The position numbers and the translations under genes are program-made. The notes below the pieces were generated by a model that was not told the DNA's origin, made no database searches, and was given only the letters and a program-made list of their open reading frames with translations. A stretch of DNA of 63,058 nt, filler included, from Reclinomonas americana ATCC 50394 (lineage: Eukaryota): the NCBI GenBank assembly GCA_048213135.1. It is 6 parts of 5 records of this genome, joined end to end, with 100 filler letters (N's around TTAATTAATTAA, not from the genome) between each part and the next. Parts side by side here need not be neighbours in the genome. Positions count along the whole stretch, not along the records: positions 1 to 31,526 come from PS015651.1; 5 more parts are not named here. One strand, written 5' to 3'. Below are positions 1 through 13,072 of the stretch, in pieces (position 1 is the first letter of the stretch; each line of letters begins with the position of its first letter).

Positions 1-3000
1 GGTTAGTGGTGTTGCGCGCATGCAGACAAACAGACAGAGCAGCCTCCAACACGTGCCTTGTTCGCCTTGCGGATTCTTGTCGAGCAGTTCGCGACCGACA
101 CGCTCGACCTCACGGTGTCGGCCCTGCTTTTGCAGAATCTGCATGAGCACCAACTGCGTCTCCACTGCATCCGGATGTCTACGCCACGGCACGAGTTCGT
201 GAGCGACTGGCAGCACGCAGAAGAATGGCGATCACAAGCACGCAACGTTGGTCCGAGAATTCGGATGCGGTCTTCGACGCATTCACGACACTCACGCACG
301 CCCTCGCCCAGTCGACCCGTGATGAGCAAGCACTCGGAGAGTGCGTGCCGTGAGGCCAATACATCGGGATCGGTTGGCTGGAACTGGCGCTTGCGCTGTG
401 TCAGCACTTGACGCAACACGATCTCCGCCTGCCAACGCAGTGAGTGACCAGTGACACACACACACACACACACACACATCAAAGAAGACGATTCGCGTGG
501 CTGACCTCGGCGTGCTTGCCCTCCGCAAAGATGCACAGGCCGAGCTCGTGCTGCGCCTGCAGCGTGAGGCGATTGCTTTCGCCGAGCACTCGAATACGTC
601 GCACGACGAGGTCTTCCAGCAGCACACGGGCCTCGGACGGTCGCCCCAGCTTGCGCCGAGTCGTGCCCAGGTCGCACATGGTGCTCAGGGTCGTGGGATG
701 ATCCTTGCCCATCTCGCGCTCCATAATGGCCACGCACGCCAGCTGCTGCGCCTCACACTCGGCCAGCGCACCCAACAGGCCGTGCAGGCGAGCCAACGTG
801 GACCGAATGCGCAGCACCTCGGCACCCTCGGTCGGGCCCGTCTTTTCGGCGTGTTGCAGCAGCACCTGTGTGTGCGCACACAACCATGTTGGAGACTGAC
901 GACGCGATCACGCGCACACGAGAAGCACAAAATGCGCACCTGATAGAGATCTCGTGCACGGCCATAGTTGGCCGTGCTCTCGTACATTTGCGCCAGAAGC
1001 GACCGCGTCTCCATGGTGTCCTCGTCAATGAGTATGCCTTCCGCCACCAGCTCCAGGCGCGCAACCAGACACGCCTCGGCCAACTCAATGGCCTCTTGGT
1101 TGCGTCCGAGTGAGCGCAGTGTGAGCGCCAGGAAATGCATGGTCGTAAGCGTGTGCGGATGCTGTGGCGCCGCATGTGTGAGAATGCAGGAGCGATCAAC
1201 TGATGCCACAACTGCACAGACCTTGGGTCCCAGCAGCTCGCGTCGGTGTTTCAAGAGTTGTCGCTCCAGTGTTTCGACCTCCGCGAACCGACCTTGTGCA
1301 TCCAAGTTGACGGCCAGCTGGTGCAGTACGGCGAGTGTATCCGGATGAGCGTCGCCCAGAGTCTCGCTTCGTGCTATCGGCGCAGGCACACATGAGCGAG
1401 CGGGCTCAGCAGGGCATGGTGCATGTTGTGTGTGTGTGAGCAGAATACCTTCGTGGCACTGACGATGCAGCGTCTCGGCCTCCTTCAGCTTGTTCAGCGC
1501 CTGCAGCACAGAGGCCAGTGCAAACTGCGTGTCGAGCAGACTTGGATCGCGCGGTGGGAGCAGGCGGAGACGCGCCTGTAAAAGAAGCAACAAGACAAAC
1601 GTTTAAGCATTACGACCGATATCAAAAGAAATCAACCAGTTGGCATAACCTCGAGACACTTGCGCAGATTCCGCTCAGCGGCCTGCGGCTCGGCCAGCGA
1701 ATGCTGCGTGACTCCGAGCGAGTGTAGGGCTCCGAGCGTTTGCGCGGCATCGTCGCCATACACTCGCGTCGCCTGTCGTGCGTACGTCTCCAACAGCGGT
1801 CGCACCTCCTTGAACTTTTTCTGAATGCAGAGCACGCGGCACAGATCACTGCAGAAGAGAGACTCAGTCATCATGCGATGCAGAGAGAGAGACACAGAAT
1901 CATACTGTCTCACCCCAGCGCCTGCACAGTGTCTGGGTGGTCTTCGCCTAATCTCTGTTGCCGCTCGTTGTACGTCGCCGTCAGACTCTCCACGGCACCA
2001 GGGCCGCGTCCGAGTTGCACGTAGAGTGCGTTGAGTGCATTTTCCGTCATGGTGGTCAGGTCGTGCGACGGGCCGTGCAGCTTTCTCCGCGAGTCCAAGC
2101 ATTCCTGCCACCATCAACATGGTAAGATAAACATGCCGAGACCGTGTCCGGCGCTTGTACAACAACACCTTGAGCTGCTCCACCGCCTCGTCGTGTCGAC
2201 CCAACTCGTTGAGCACCAGGGCATAGGTGAACATGGTCTGCAACGTGAGCACATGCTCCGGTCCGAGAGCGTCCCGTCTGCAGGTTGGTGGGGTCAGCTT
2301 CCTCCGTTGACACACATCACTGCAACCTACGCACAGCTTTACGCACCGCATCTGGAGGACCTCCCGTTCCGTCTGCTCGACTTCCACGTGTCGGCCTTGT
2401 GCCTCCAATGCCAGCGCTAATGACTCCATGGTGTGAAGTGTCTCCTCGTGAGTTCGACCCAGCGTCCGTATTTGTGAGGCAAGAGTCTCTCTGCAACGAC
2501 AATAAAAAAGAGTATCACTTTTCTGCTCCACATATCACCCCGACTTCGACGTGTGGTGGAGGATGCACTCACCGCAAGTGCGTCTCCGCCGACGCCGGTT
2601 CGTTGTTGGCCAGAAACGTGTTGGCCAAGCTAACACGACAGCGCACGGTGAATGGGTCGTCGGGGCCGTTCTTGTCCACCAGCGTCTTGAGCGACTGGCA
2701 CTGCAGCACAATAGCCTCACTGTAGCGGCCTGTGTAGAAAGCAAGAGTGTTGGCAACCAACCCCCAGCCTGCATGGATGATCGCCAAGAAGAGACGAACC
2801 GAGTTCCGCCAGCACAGCGGCGAGATTGTGACGTGTCAACAGCACACTGGTGTGGTCTGGCGCGTACAGTTGCTGCTGCGCCTCGAAGCAGTCCTGATAC
2901 ACGACAGCGGCCTCGATGAACATGCTCAACGCCTGCAGTGTGGAGGCAAAGTTGTGCTTGGTGCGGAGAGTTTGCGGGTGTGTGGCTGACACGAGGACCG

Positions 3001-6000
3001 AGCGAGTGAGCACCAATAAGGAGAATGTGAACTCTCAGCGTGCGCTCACCTCCCAGCACTTCCGACTGCAGTGCAACTGCCTTGCGCAGTACCGGTTCGG
3101 CCTCCTCAAATCTGCGCAGCGGCGTGTGAGAAACAACCAAGCTGATGTGCGCAGCGTACGTGTGCAACGAAACTTGGATTGCGCCCACAGAGTCTCCGCC
3201 AGATTCGACATTGTGATGAGTGAGTCCGGGTGGCGCTCACCAAATCGTTCCACACACGAGCTCAGGCAGCGACGGAAGAGCGCCTCAGCCTCGGGGGATC
3301 GCCGTAGTTTCTGTAGCGTCGTGGCGATGCAGTGCAAAGTCGCCACCGTGTCTTCGTGCTTCTCCCCGAGAACCTGTTCACGACCCGCCATGCACTGCTT
3401 GTACTCCTGCATCGCGCAATGAAAAACGACCGTACGCGTGAGCAGGCCATGGTGTGTCGATACCAGCACCTGCACAACGCCACGCTACGCACCTCAAGTG
3501 CCTCTGGCAGATGCCCACAGGCGGCGAGTGAACCAGCCAGGAAATGTCTACTTCTCAATGTTTCCACATCACGGTTGCCCAGCGCACCCACTTGAATTCG
3601 CACACAGTTGGCCAGCACTCGCCGCGCCTCCTCATTTAGTCCCAGATTCCGCGCCAGCAATCCCCACTCGCGCAACAGCCACCACCGTCGGTCCTCCAGC
3701 TGCGATCATCAACGTGGTACGTCAATTGACAAGCCCCTACGAAAGAGAGAGTCCCCACACACTTGTTCACACACAGCGCACCTCGTCAGCCATCACATTG
3801 CTACGTCTCGGCACGAGAGCCTGTCCGTCTTCGTCGTCGGGGTCGAGGATTCGAACACATACCTGCCGGAAGCACAACGCCAGCGGACGATGTCTCTCCA
3901 GATTCCACGCCGACACCAGCCGGAACGTCCACATGGCGCGCGCCCACCGTTCACTCGACATGGATCGTGGATCCAGCTCTGCACAAATGTGACGATGAGT
4001 GCTAGCGATGATCCGTAGTGATGGGGGGTAGAAAGGGTGGTGCGAACCGGCCAAGATTCGCCACAGTCCGTCAAGGTGACGAGCAAAGAGTGCACGACGA
4101 CGTGCGTGCGTCTCCAGTCCGCCTTCAACCAGCCGCACAGCCCACTCGATCATCAGCATTGCCAGTTCACATCGAGACTGCTCATGCGAGTAAGCAGCAG
4201 CGCGCTTCGCAACTTCCCGAGAGACATCACCGGTGCGCAACTATATCAAACGCCTCCACAAATCGTCGCTGCACATAGTCCACCAACATGGGATGCAAGG
4301 CGAATCCCACCAGCGATCGCCGCTCTGCTGGCACAAAATCTCCCACATTGCTGTCGGCGTCGTGGTCGGTGTCGAGCTGCAGCCGTTGCACACGGATCAG
4401 TTGTCTCGTTCTCGACCTGCTGCGCACCATTCACCTACCTCATCACTCTCTTCATCGGCTAGCCGCAATAGTGCGGCATCCTCCTCATCGGAACCTACCG
4501 GGTACTCATCGCGCGGAAGCACATGCGACTCCACCAATCGCTCGACAGCCTGCGCACACCACCACTACAGTGTCAGCGACGAGACATGTGCATGCGTACA
4601 TGAACATCAATACACACACACCAGTCGCTTCAAACAGGTCAAGTAATCGATTGCCGGTAGCGCGAGAGGCTCGGTGGGATCCGGGGTGTGCGATGCAAGA
4701 GCATGCAAACTGCGCACGCCGAGCAGTGGCAAGCCAGCGGCGGCGGCCAACGCCACCAGAATGCGACGCTCGGCCGACTCCAACCGAACAAAGCACGAAT
4801 CAAAGCCGAAGGTGGTCCACGGTGACAACAAACGGGTCAACACGCGTGGTTTTGGCATCTGTTTGCATCGGCTAATGGCGGAGAAGGCCGTCACAAAGCG
4901 CACTGCCAGTCGCACGTCACTCGGCTGATCGTCGGGGAGCGGCGCCACACTGGAGATGGTGCTCTGCGTGGAACTCTGCAGATCCGACTCGGCATCCACT
5001 TGCAGGTCGCACAACACCTGCCGCTGCTCGGGCGTCGCTAATGACAGTCCACCGACAGTCTCCTGGTGCGCCACATACGCTTCGCGATCGCCATCAGTTA
5101 ACAATGACGGCACCTCGAGCATGGAAACCGTGGCGGCAAAGTCAATGCTGCGCAGATCCTCTCGCAGTTCCTCCACCGCCGACGTGGTGACAAAGATAGT
5201 GACGGTGTGCGAATTCATGGTCGACGACAAGGTGCGCGGAAGGATGCCGGCCAAGTCCGACACCTTGGACACACCAAGGACGGTCAGCACAATCTCTGCA
5301 TGTCACATGCACACACACAAAGGATGAGTATCCACACAGCAGTGCCTGGCAGCGAACGCGTCGCTACCTTGCTCCGACGGTCCATACAAGTGAGCGTGAA
5401 TGGCATCACGAATGGCGTCCTCGGTCGACTCGCGCAAGTGGTGTGCACGGAACGGATTCAACAGCGCCAACAAATGCAGCGACTCATTGACGATCTGTGA
5501 GACAGCCCAGATGAGACACGGCATCGCAGTGGCAAACCCTGCGTCGGAGGCCGTCAAACCTGGAATTCCAACGCCGGCTGGCACCTGAAGAAAGTGACTG
5601 CTGGCGGAACACTCGGCTGCAGCGACGCCCCAATGTGTGCCACATCGCGCGCCAACGTGCGTGCAATGGTGGCCTTGCCACAACCAGAATCTCCATGCAA
5701 AACCACGATACGCACCGATCGTCGCGCCTCTGCAAGTGCACTCACAGGCGTGAGAACGACAAACCAAGCTCTCGTGCCTGCCGCACACAAACGCAACCTC
5801 GCAGCTGCTGCAGGCAGTGCTGACGAATGGCCTCCCACGTTGGATACAGAAACAATACCGGCGCCTCCACTGCCGCATGGCCCGTCAACTCGCCCAGCCC
5901 AGGAATGTCTGCACCACACACAATCAGAAGATCTTGACCACACTTGTCTCGTCCGCTCCAAACGACGCAACTGAGCGACGACACCGAGCTGGCATCGAGC

Positions 6001-6380
6001 GCACTGAGTCCCACACCCTTCGTCTTCTCCCCATTCAACGCCGGTGGCGCAGCCGATCGCGAGCTCTGCGGCCTCCGCATCACGGTCGTCCCCGACGGAT
6101 CGTGAGTGGCCGAGGCCGCGACCACCACTCGCCGTCCCGCAGACGACACCGATCGCGGCCGTGATGGTGGTGGCCCAGGCACCGCCAGTGCCAGTGGTGA
6201 CTGTGTGGCACATGAGATGGAGTGAGCAGCGGGGTGACCAACGACAAGCGACACACACGACAGACGGACCACTGCTTCATCCGCCTGTTCGCTCGGCGCC
6301 AACAGCATGTCCACTGTCGTCACAGCCGTGCTCGCGCCAGTCGCACGTGGCGCCACAGGCACAAACGACTCGTCCTCCAT
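1..6380 (-). CDS. STAND/NB-ARC-like NTPase fused to a long array of kinesin-light-chain-type TPR repeats (NLR-like); multi-exon, 3' end lies beyond the window start
   Basis: Spliced exons give a P-loop IVVLHGDSGCGKATIARTLA (~5650-5710), a degenerate Walker B region VLTVLGVSKVSDLAGILP, IFVTTS, AGLPL, and a winged-helix-like LHPMLVDYVQ. These are followed by many 42-aa repeats such as LGEKHEDTVATLHCIA, FGERHPDSLITMSNLA, LGEDHPDTVQA, LGDAHPDTLAVLHQLA and MGKDHPTTLSTMCDLG. Confidence 0.8.
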
Positions 6381-6627
6381 CGACTACACGAGAATGATGA
6401 GTAACAGTCATCTGCTTTCTTGACAACTGTATGAGCGATTTTTCTGTTGTATACCATATTACGAGGTAGAGGCGCGACAGCAGCGACTGCCGAGGACGCG
6501 GCTGTCTTGCTGCAACCACTGCCCATGGTGGCCGAGAAACAAAGTGTTTTTTGTCCGGAGTACTAGTGCGAAATCAGGTGAAATTTCGCCCTCTTCTCAC
6601 TACTCACTCACTTGTTTTTTTCCTGCC

Positions 6628-8881
6628 ATGACTGCGCGTGTTGTGTTGCTTGTGGTGGCCATTGTGGCAACACTGACGATGTCAGTGGCGGTGCAGGGTG
6701 CGTGACAAAAGAAAGAGAGAGAGAAAGGGCAAAGAATGAGAGAGTGTGTGTCATGCAGAGAGTGTGCGTGTGTGTGTGTCACAGTGTGTGTGTGTGTGTG
6801 CGAGAGATAGAGTGCAAGAGTGGGTGAGTGAGTGGCGGGATTCCGAGGTTCTCTGTGTCACTGTCTAATTTCGCAAGCAGGGCATGTTTTCGCTGACGCC
6901 TACAACCCCGCCGAGGCCAAGATCGGCGCCTACCTCTCCTCCTGCTGCATGTGCAACAAGGACACGATTGAGAGTTGGTCGGGGTGAGTTCCGACTGAGA
7001 AATGGGTGAAAGGAGATCATGAGAGAGAGAGAGATTGAGGAAGAGTTCTCCCTCCTCCACCACCTCCTCCTCCTCNNNNNNNNNNNNNNNNNNNNCTCTC
7101 TCTCTTCTTCTTCTTCTCTCTCTCTTCTCTCTCCTCCTCCTCTCTTGTTCTTCTTCTTCTTCTTCTTCTTCTTCGTCTTCTTCTTCTGCTCCTTCGCCTT
7201 CTGCAACATGGAGAGAGACTGAGTGCTGACCTCTCGCTTATGTTCCCTCAGAACGGCGTGCAAGGCGGTGCCTGGAGTCTCCGAGGCGGTGGTGTTTGAG
7301 AAGAAGTCGGCAATCTACTCCAGCTTTGGATTCGTGGCCTACGACGCCTCTCGCAACACCATCATGATTGTGTTCCGGTGCGTGGGTTCATGTTGTTGCT
7401 ATTGCGCTCTCGTGTTTTCTCCCTCACTGCGTTCACAACACACCACGACGATCAGTGGCACTGATGATGTCGCTGACTGGATCACCAACATTGACGTTGC
7501 GTGCACCTCTCATCCCTTCACTCGGCGTCGCGTTTTTCTCTGACGCCTTGTGGCTGGCTGTGTGCAGTTCATCAAGACGAAGCTGTGGGACACGGTTCGT
7601 GCGGTGCCGCCTGTGCTGCGTCTCCTTCTCCGCTTCTCCATGTGACGACCATGTGTGTGAACAGGGTGTGACGGTGCATGCGGGGTTCCTGCGCTCGTAC
7701 GAGGTGTGCCGCGACGACTGGAAGGTTGATTTCGATCGCCACAATGCCACGCACCCCAACGCCAACATCATGATTGTCGGGTGCGGGGTGCCCCGTGCTT
7801 GTGTTTCGGTGTGCTGTGAGCGGCCACTGAAGAAAGCCACTGTGCTCGCGCAGACACTCGCTGGGCGGTGCGCAGGCGACCATTTGCGCCGTCGATCTGA
7901 CCTACCGCATGGGCATTAACGTGCGTGCGAAGAGAGGGCGAGTGTGTGTGTGTGACGTGTATGTGGAGCACTGATTCTTTTGTACATACCACACCACAGC
8001 CGAACCGCATCATGCTGTACACGTTCGGTGCTCCGCGTGTTGGCGCCGACAACTCCTTCTACCCGTTCTTTGTCAGCGAGGTCCCGCTGGGTCGCTCGTG
8101 GCGTGTCGTGCAGTTGCGTTTGCACAGTCCCCTCTTTCGTTCTCCCTGTTCGCAGAGCTCACTCATACGCGTGCACACAGCAACCACGACGTGGTGCCGG
8201 ATGTGAGTCGTCCGCCCTCTGCGATCGGCATGCACCGTCTGGTACTCACCGTTTCTGTAAACAGCTGCCACCGTCCTACCTGCACTTTGAGCATGTGCCG
8301 ACTGAAGTGTGGTACAATGAGGTTCGGGGGCTGCGCCATTTATTTGCGCTCCGCCATCCATACTCACCTTCGTTTCGTCCACCCGAGCAGGACAACACCG
8401 AGTACAAGGTGTGCCAGCCGACGGAGGTCAGTGTTGATGCTGTGCATTTGCTTGTTCATTGCCGTCGTGCTGTGTGACTCACTTGAATACCACGCAGGAT
8501 TGCGGACCTCGTGCGTAAACTCAATTGGCATGCTCTATCTCTGCTTCTTCTTCTTCTCCTCACCATTGCTCTTGTGCCTAACGCCAGAGGTGAACCTGTC
8601 CACGGCCGGTGAGTGCACGCACACACCATCGTCGTCCATTCACTCTCGCCGAGTTGATTTCATGACGCGTCGTCGACACAGATCACGGATTCTACGTCGG
8701 CGTGCACCTCTCGTGCAACCTCAATGTGCGTTCCTCGCACACCCGTTTTTCACCGCCTCACTCATCTCTCACTCACGCTGATGTGCAGGGTTCGCCGCTG
8801 GAAAAGGACGACGGCTTGGTGCTGCGCCTGCTGCCCAAGGACAGCCGCTTCGACCTGTCTCCCGAGGAGGTGCAGGAGTAA
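6628..8881 (+). CDS. Secreted class-3 lipase (alpha/beta hydrolase), about 13 exons
   Basis: Signal peptide MTARVVLLVVAIVATLTMSVAVQG; motifs IVFRGT, DWITNID, VHAGF, GHSLGGA (nucleophile elbow, split by an intron), YTFGAPRVG, HNHDVVP and EHVPTEVW. All introns are GT-AG; stop TAA at 8879-8881. Confidence 0.93.
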
Positions 8882-9063
8882 TTATGTCTCCACTTTCTGC
8901 ATCCCCTCCCTTCCCTCTCTCTCTCCCCTTTCCCCACACGCCCTCGCTGCACGCGCATTGATAAACACCGCAGGAGCATGTTGGGTTGCGATCGTGTCAA
9001 ACACACTTTTTACTGCATACTCAAAAATCGCTCGGCGCTCGCCGGCGTCACACAAAACACAGC

Positions 9064-11208
9064 TTATTCAGCTGAGGGATCGTCGTCCACGCTGAGATGC
9101 TGGGCCGTGGCCCAGGTGGCAAACTGCGATGCACATTGTCCACATGAGAACACGCTCACTCTCACATACACACTCAATTCTTCTACTCACCTCCTGGAAC
9201 ATGATGCTTCCACCGCCGTTGCGATCAATCTCAGCAAACGCGGCACGAGGATCGCTGGTGCTGTAGCCCCACTTGCTCAGTTGCGGCAACATGCGCTGGA
9301 ACTCAGCAAAGTCGATGCGACCATCGTCGCCCGAGTCCACACGATCAAACATCTGTGTGAGTCACAGTCAGCACCACCAGCAACATGCCCGAATACTGTT
9401 TGCCGGCCCAACGCAACATCGAGCAGCTCGAGGTTCTGCTGCAGCGCCACCAGGAACAAGCGGAACTCGGGCTTTTGCACGTAGTCGTCGCGGTCGAGCC
9501 CGCCCGCTCGCGCAGGACCGCTCGCCTTGACGGCATCCTTGGAGACATTGTAGGATCTCATGATGGCCGGCTTGAGGATCTCCGCCTGGTCCTGCGTCAG
9601 CTGCCAGTACGCACGCATGCCAGACTGCGCACAGCAAGGAAGAGTGTGAGAGAGGCAGGCCTCCACGCACTGCCGTCAGAGCGAGAATGTAGCGTACCTC
9701 GAGTTCCGAGAACGACAAATGGCCGTTGCCATTCGGATCGAAGCGCGAAAACATCTGCTGGCGCTTCGCCTGGTCCGCAGCATTCTTGTGCCACGGCAAG
9801 CGGCCGGCGAGGTCCATGTAGTCGACGCCGGCCTTGTTGTTGGCCTTGCGGGGCGGGCGCGCCGGCGAAATGACGTCGGGGTCGTGCGCAGGCGTCGGTA
9901 CCGCTGCGGGTGCCGGGTGGCGATCATGCTGGGGGCTGCCCGGCAGCGGAGCAGGGGCATGGCCAGGCGTCGGCGTCGGCGCCGGGGTCGTCTTCTTTGG
10001 AGTGCGGTCGTTGGCAGGCGTGTATTGCTCACCGGTTTCCACATCGGTGTCGATCGAATAATTCACCGCCGACGGACTCAGGAGACCACCGGTACCGGAA
10101 CCGGTCGCCGTCCGCCGTTCGCCACCGCCACATTGGGTGGCCACCACAAGGAGAATGACCACTGCAAACAGGAGCCACACGCCGAGCCTGCGAGACGGGG
10201 AGAAGGACCACAATTCAGTAGCTGTGCGCGCGCATCAAGTCGATCGCGAGAGGCAAAGCACGGCACCAGAAGATGATGAAGCCCCAGTCCCAAGCCTGTG
10301 CAACCAAAGCGATAAGCCAACAGGTGTGCAGCAATGAAAGGGGGAGTGAATGGGCGCAACAGCCTTGCCGGTGCCGACCGTGCACGCTTCCAGCTTGTTC
10401 TTGCTGGTAAAGTACGCCACAGCCGCCAAGCAGAGCTGCTCGCATGCAACACAGTGAGGATCGACCTGTTGAACTTGGACAAGGCGCGCACATAAAGACT
10501 CACCGCAAAGGCCACAAATGCAGTGACCTGTGTGCAGCGCAACACATTAGTGCTCTTCCCGACATGGAAAACAGTCGAATACAGAAAAAAACAAACCACA
10601 CAAATCCACTTCAACGCCTTGCTCGTCGGCCGCACGACATACACAATGAGCAAGATAAAGAGCAGGCAAATGACGGCGGTTCCAGCGGCACCCACACCAA
10701 TGGTCTAACAATTTTTTCGATATGTGAGAAAATGGCAGACAGAGGAGGGAGCAGTTTACAAGTCGGACGGCGACGTCACCGTGCGATTCACATCCAAGTC
10801 ACCCAGACTCGACGTGTAACACACAGGGCCGTTGACAGAGTCATCGTAGTTGGTGCACAACCATCTGCACACGCACAAACACACACATGCACAGTGTTAA
10901 GCCGGAGTTTCTTCACTCACGCACACGCACACACACTGTCTGCTTCTTTCTCTCTGTGTGTGTTGTGTGTGACACGCACCCATTGCGCAGGCCAATCTCG
11001 TAGTAATACGCAGGCTTGCAGTCGGCTTTGCTGATCATGCAGAAAGCAACGCAGAGAAGAGTAAGAGAGAGTGAGTGCGCAAATGAGGAATGCATCACTG
11101 TGCACGCAACATCCAGTGCCACGACTTGAGCGCGAGGATGCACGAGGCAACAGCGCCCGCAGTGAGCACCAAGCAGATGACGCCAATGATGCGCGCAGCT
11201 TTGCTCAT
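9064..11208 (-). CDS. Four-TM claudin/PMP22-like domain fused through a Pro-rich linker to a flagellar calcium-binding protein (calflagin/FCaBP)-like EF-hand domain
   Basis: The 5' exons give TM1, W..GL..W.C...C, TM2, TM3, WDWGF and TM4. An in-phase intron (TG|gtgccg...tcgcag|G) joins FIIFW to LGVWLLFAVV. The C-terminal part (FSRFDPNGNGHLS, EFRLFL, MFDRVDSGDDGRID, LSKWG, FAEIDRNGGGSIMFQEFATWA) follows trypanosome FCaBP motif by motif. Confidence 0.8.
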
Positions 11209-11431
11209 TGGGACTCTTTCTCACTCTCTGTGTGTGCAATGAGGAGAAATGCAACACGGAAGAATGAGCACACGCAGGGAGCGAGCGAGCACACAGAGGG
11301 AGGAGGCCAGACGTGCGCGCGGTCACCTTCTCTTCTCTCTTCGCTCACTCACGCGTTTGAATGAGTCGCGAATAACGCGCGCGAGCCGCTCAGAAACTGT
11401 CAGGAATATCGAAAAGGACTTTATTGCATTC

Positions 11432-11790
11432 TCAGCACCCCGGTCGTGAAGCCTCTAGCTCCACGGAAGCTGAAAGTTGCCCGAAGCTTATGAGCTGCAT
11501 GTGGGGTGCGTTCTGGCTGGTACATGTGTTGCTGTTTGGATGTAAACTTTTTGTTGATGCGCTGATCATGATCAGTAGGGCGCGCGGACAACGAAGAACG
11601 AACAACAGGAAGAGAGTTGACGCACACGCCGCGCTGGCCATCAGAGCGCGCTCCAGAAACGCTGCCTGCTTCTCCGCATGCTCCTCATCCAGTGGCGGCT
11701 CGATCTCATCCTCTTGCTCCAACTCGTCGTGATCATACTCGCCCTCGAGCTGCATGCATGCATATGCGCAAGGATGATCTTCGTTGCCAC
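11432..11790 (-). CDS. Acidic coding-like segment, either a 3' extension of the EndoVII-like gene or a small separate gene
   Basis: Reading frame LEGEYDHDELEQEDEIEPPLDEEHAEKQAAFLERAL with flanking splice-like sites; I could not resolve how it connects to neighbouring exons. Confidence 0.3.
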
Positions 11791-11897
11791 AGCACCAGCT
11801 GTGTGGCGGCGAAGACTCGGAACAAGCAGTGCCTTAGCACAGTGTTGAATGCAGGCTTCAGTCAGGAGTTCACAATCTGACATCTTTATTCGATATC

Positions 11898-12983
11898 TCA
11901 GAAACCCGAGTTCGCCACCCGCAGATAGGCGCGCGCTTCGGCATTGGGCAGATCGTCGTCGATCGACATCATGATATCGCGGAGCATCACGCGCGCCACT
12001 TCGCGGTCGCCTTGCGCCTCGTCTTGCAGCATGTACAGTGCCGCGCGCGTGTACAACTCGGGCGTGCGTGGCTCCACCACCACACGTCGACAGCACGTGC
12101 GGCACAGCAGCCCGCGTACTAGATTGTCGCCTTGTCGGCTGTAGTCGATCAGCGGCTCCTCCCACATGCCACCGGTGTCGTCGGCGGCGTCGACGTGGTC
12201 GGGCGAGATTGCGGCGCGACACACGGCACAGCGGTAGTTCTGCTGCTGCATGAACCAGTTCCAGTCGTCACGAGTGAACGGGTGGTAGCCGTCGGTGGTG
12301 GAACGGTTGCGGACTCGGAAGGGCTGCCGGTGCACGAGTGTGCCGTCCTGATATCGTCTCAATGAGGCTCATGGTTGCCGAGTTTGTCACATGCGCACAC
12401 ACACTCACACATACCGCGCGATGAATGGTGCATCCCGTGGCGCCAAGCTGGCAGATGACGCAGCGACGAGCAGGTGCGCTCTCGCCGGGTGCACACGTCA
12501 CAATGGTGCTGCACACCTCGCAGCGTGGTTCACTGCTCGACGACGATCGAGAGGACTGCTGTTGCGCTTGCTTGAGTCGCTCGAGTGTGCGTCGCACCAG
12601 ATCACTCACACAGTCCAGGCAGTGTGAGTATCGCTGTGTGTGTGTGCGGCGAGGAGTGTGAGCACACAGCGACATGATCTCTCTCTGCGCATGATCATCA
12701 TCACCTTGAAGGTGGCGCGCGCTGCCGCCCGCAGCTCTCTATCCATCTCCTCTGGCAGCTTGAGTTGCCGACGCATGGTGGAAACCACCGCGTCTGTGTC
12801 GTGCACCATGTGATCCACACAGGCGTGTTGTCGGCATCCATTGCACGCCGTCTGTGTCGACACCGCCACCATTCTCTCACAGTCGACATTGGCGCATTTA
12901 CTGCTGACTGTCTGTTGTTGCTGTTGCTGTTGCTGTTGTGATGATGACGATGGCGACGTGGGTGGTCGCCACACATCGCTCAT
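11898..12983 (-). CDS. Cys-rich Zn-finger protein with a C-terminal recombination endonuclease VII-like (HNH) domain, probably inactive
   Basis: N-terminal CxxC pairs (CANVDC, CNGC, CLDC, CEVC, CVIC). The last exon reads QQQNYRCAVC...LIDYSRQGDNLVRGLLCRTCC...ELYTRAALYM, matching the EndoVII pattern Q..RCAIC...VDH....G.VRGLLC..CN...RA..YL. Two GT-AG introns. Confidence 0.7.
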
Positions 12984-13072
12984 GTTGTCGTCGTGCGCCT
13001 GCTCTCCTTCTTGCAATTATCAAAAAAAGGTGCCAGTCCGGTTTCGTCCGGAGTGCAACGGCGGTCATGTAA

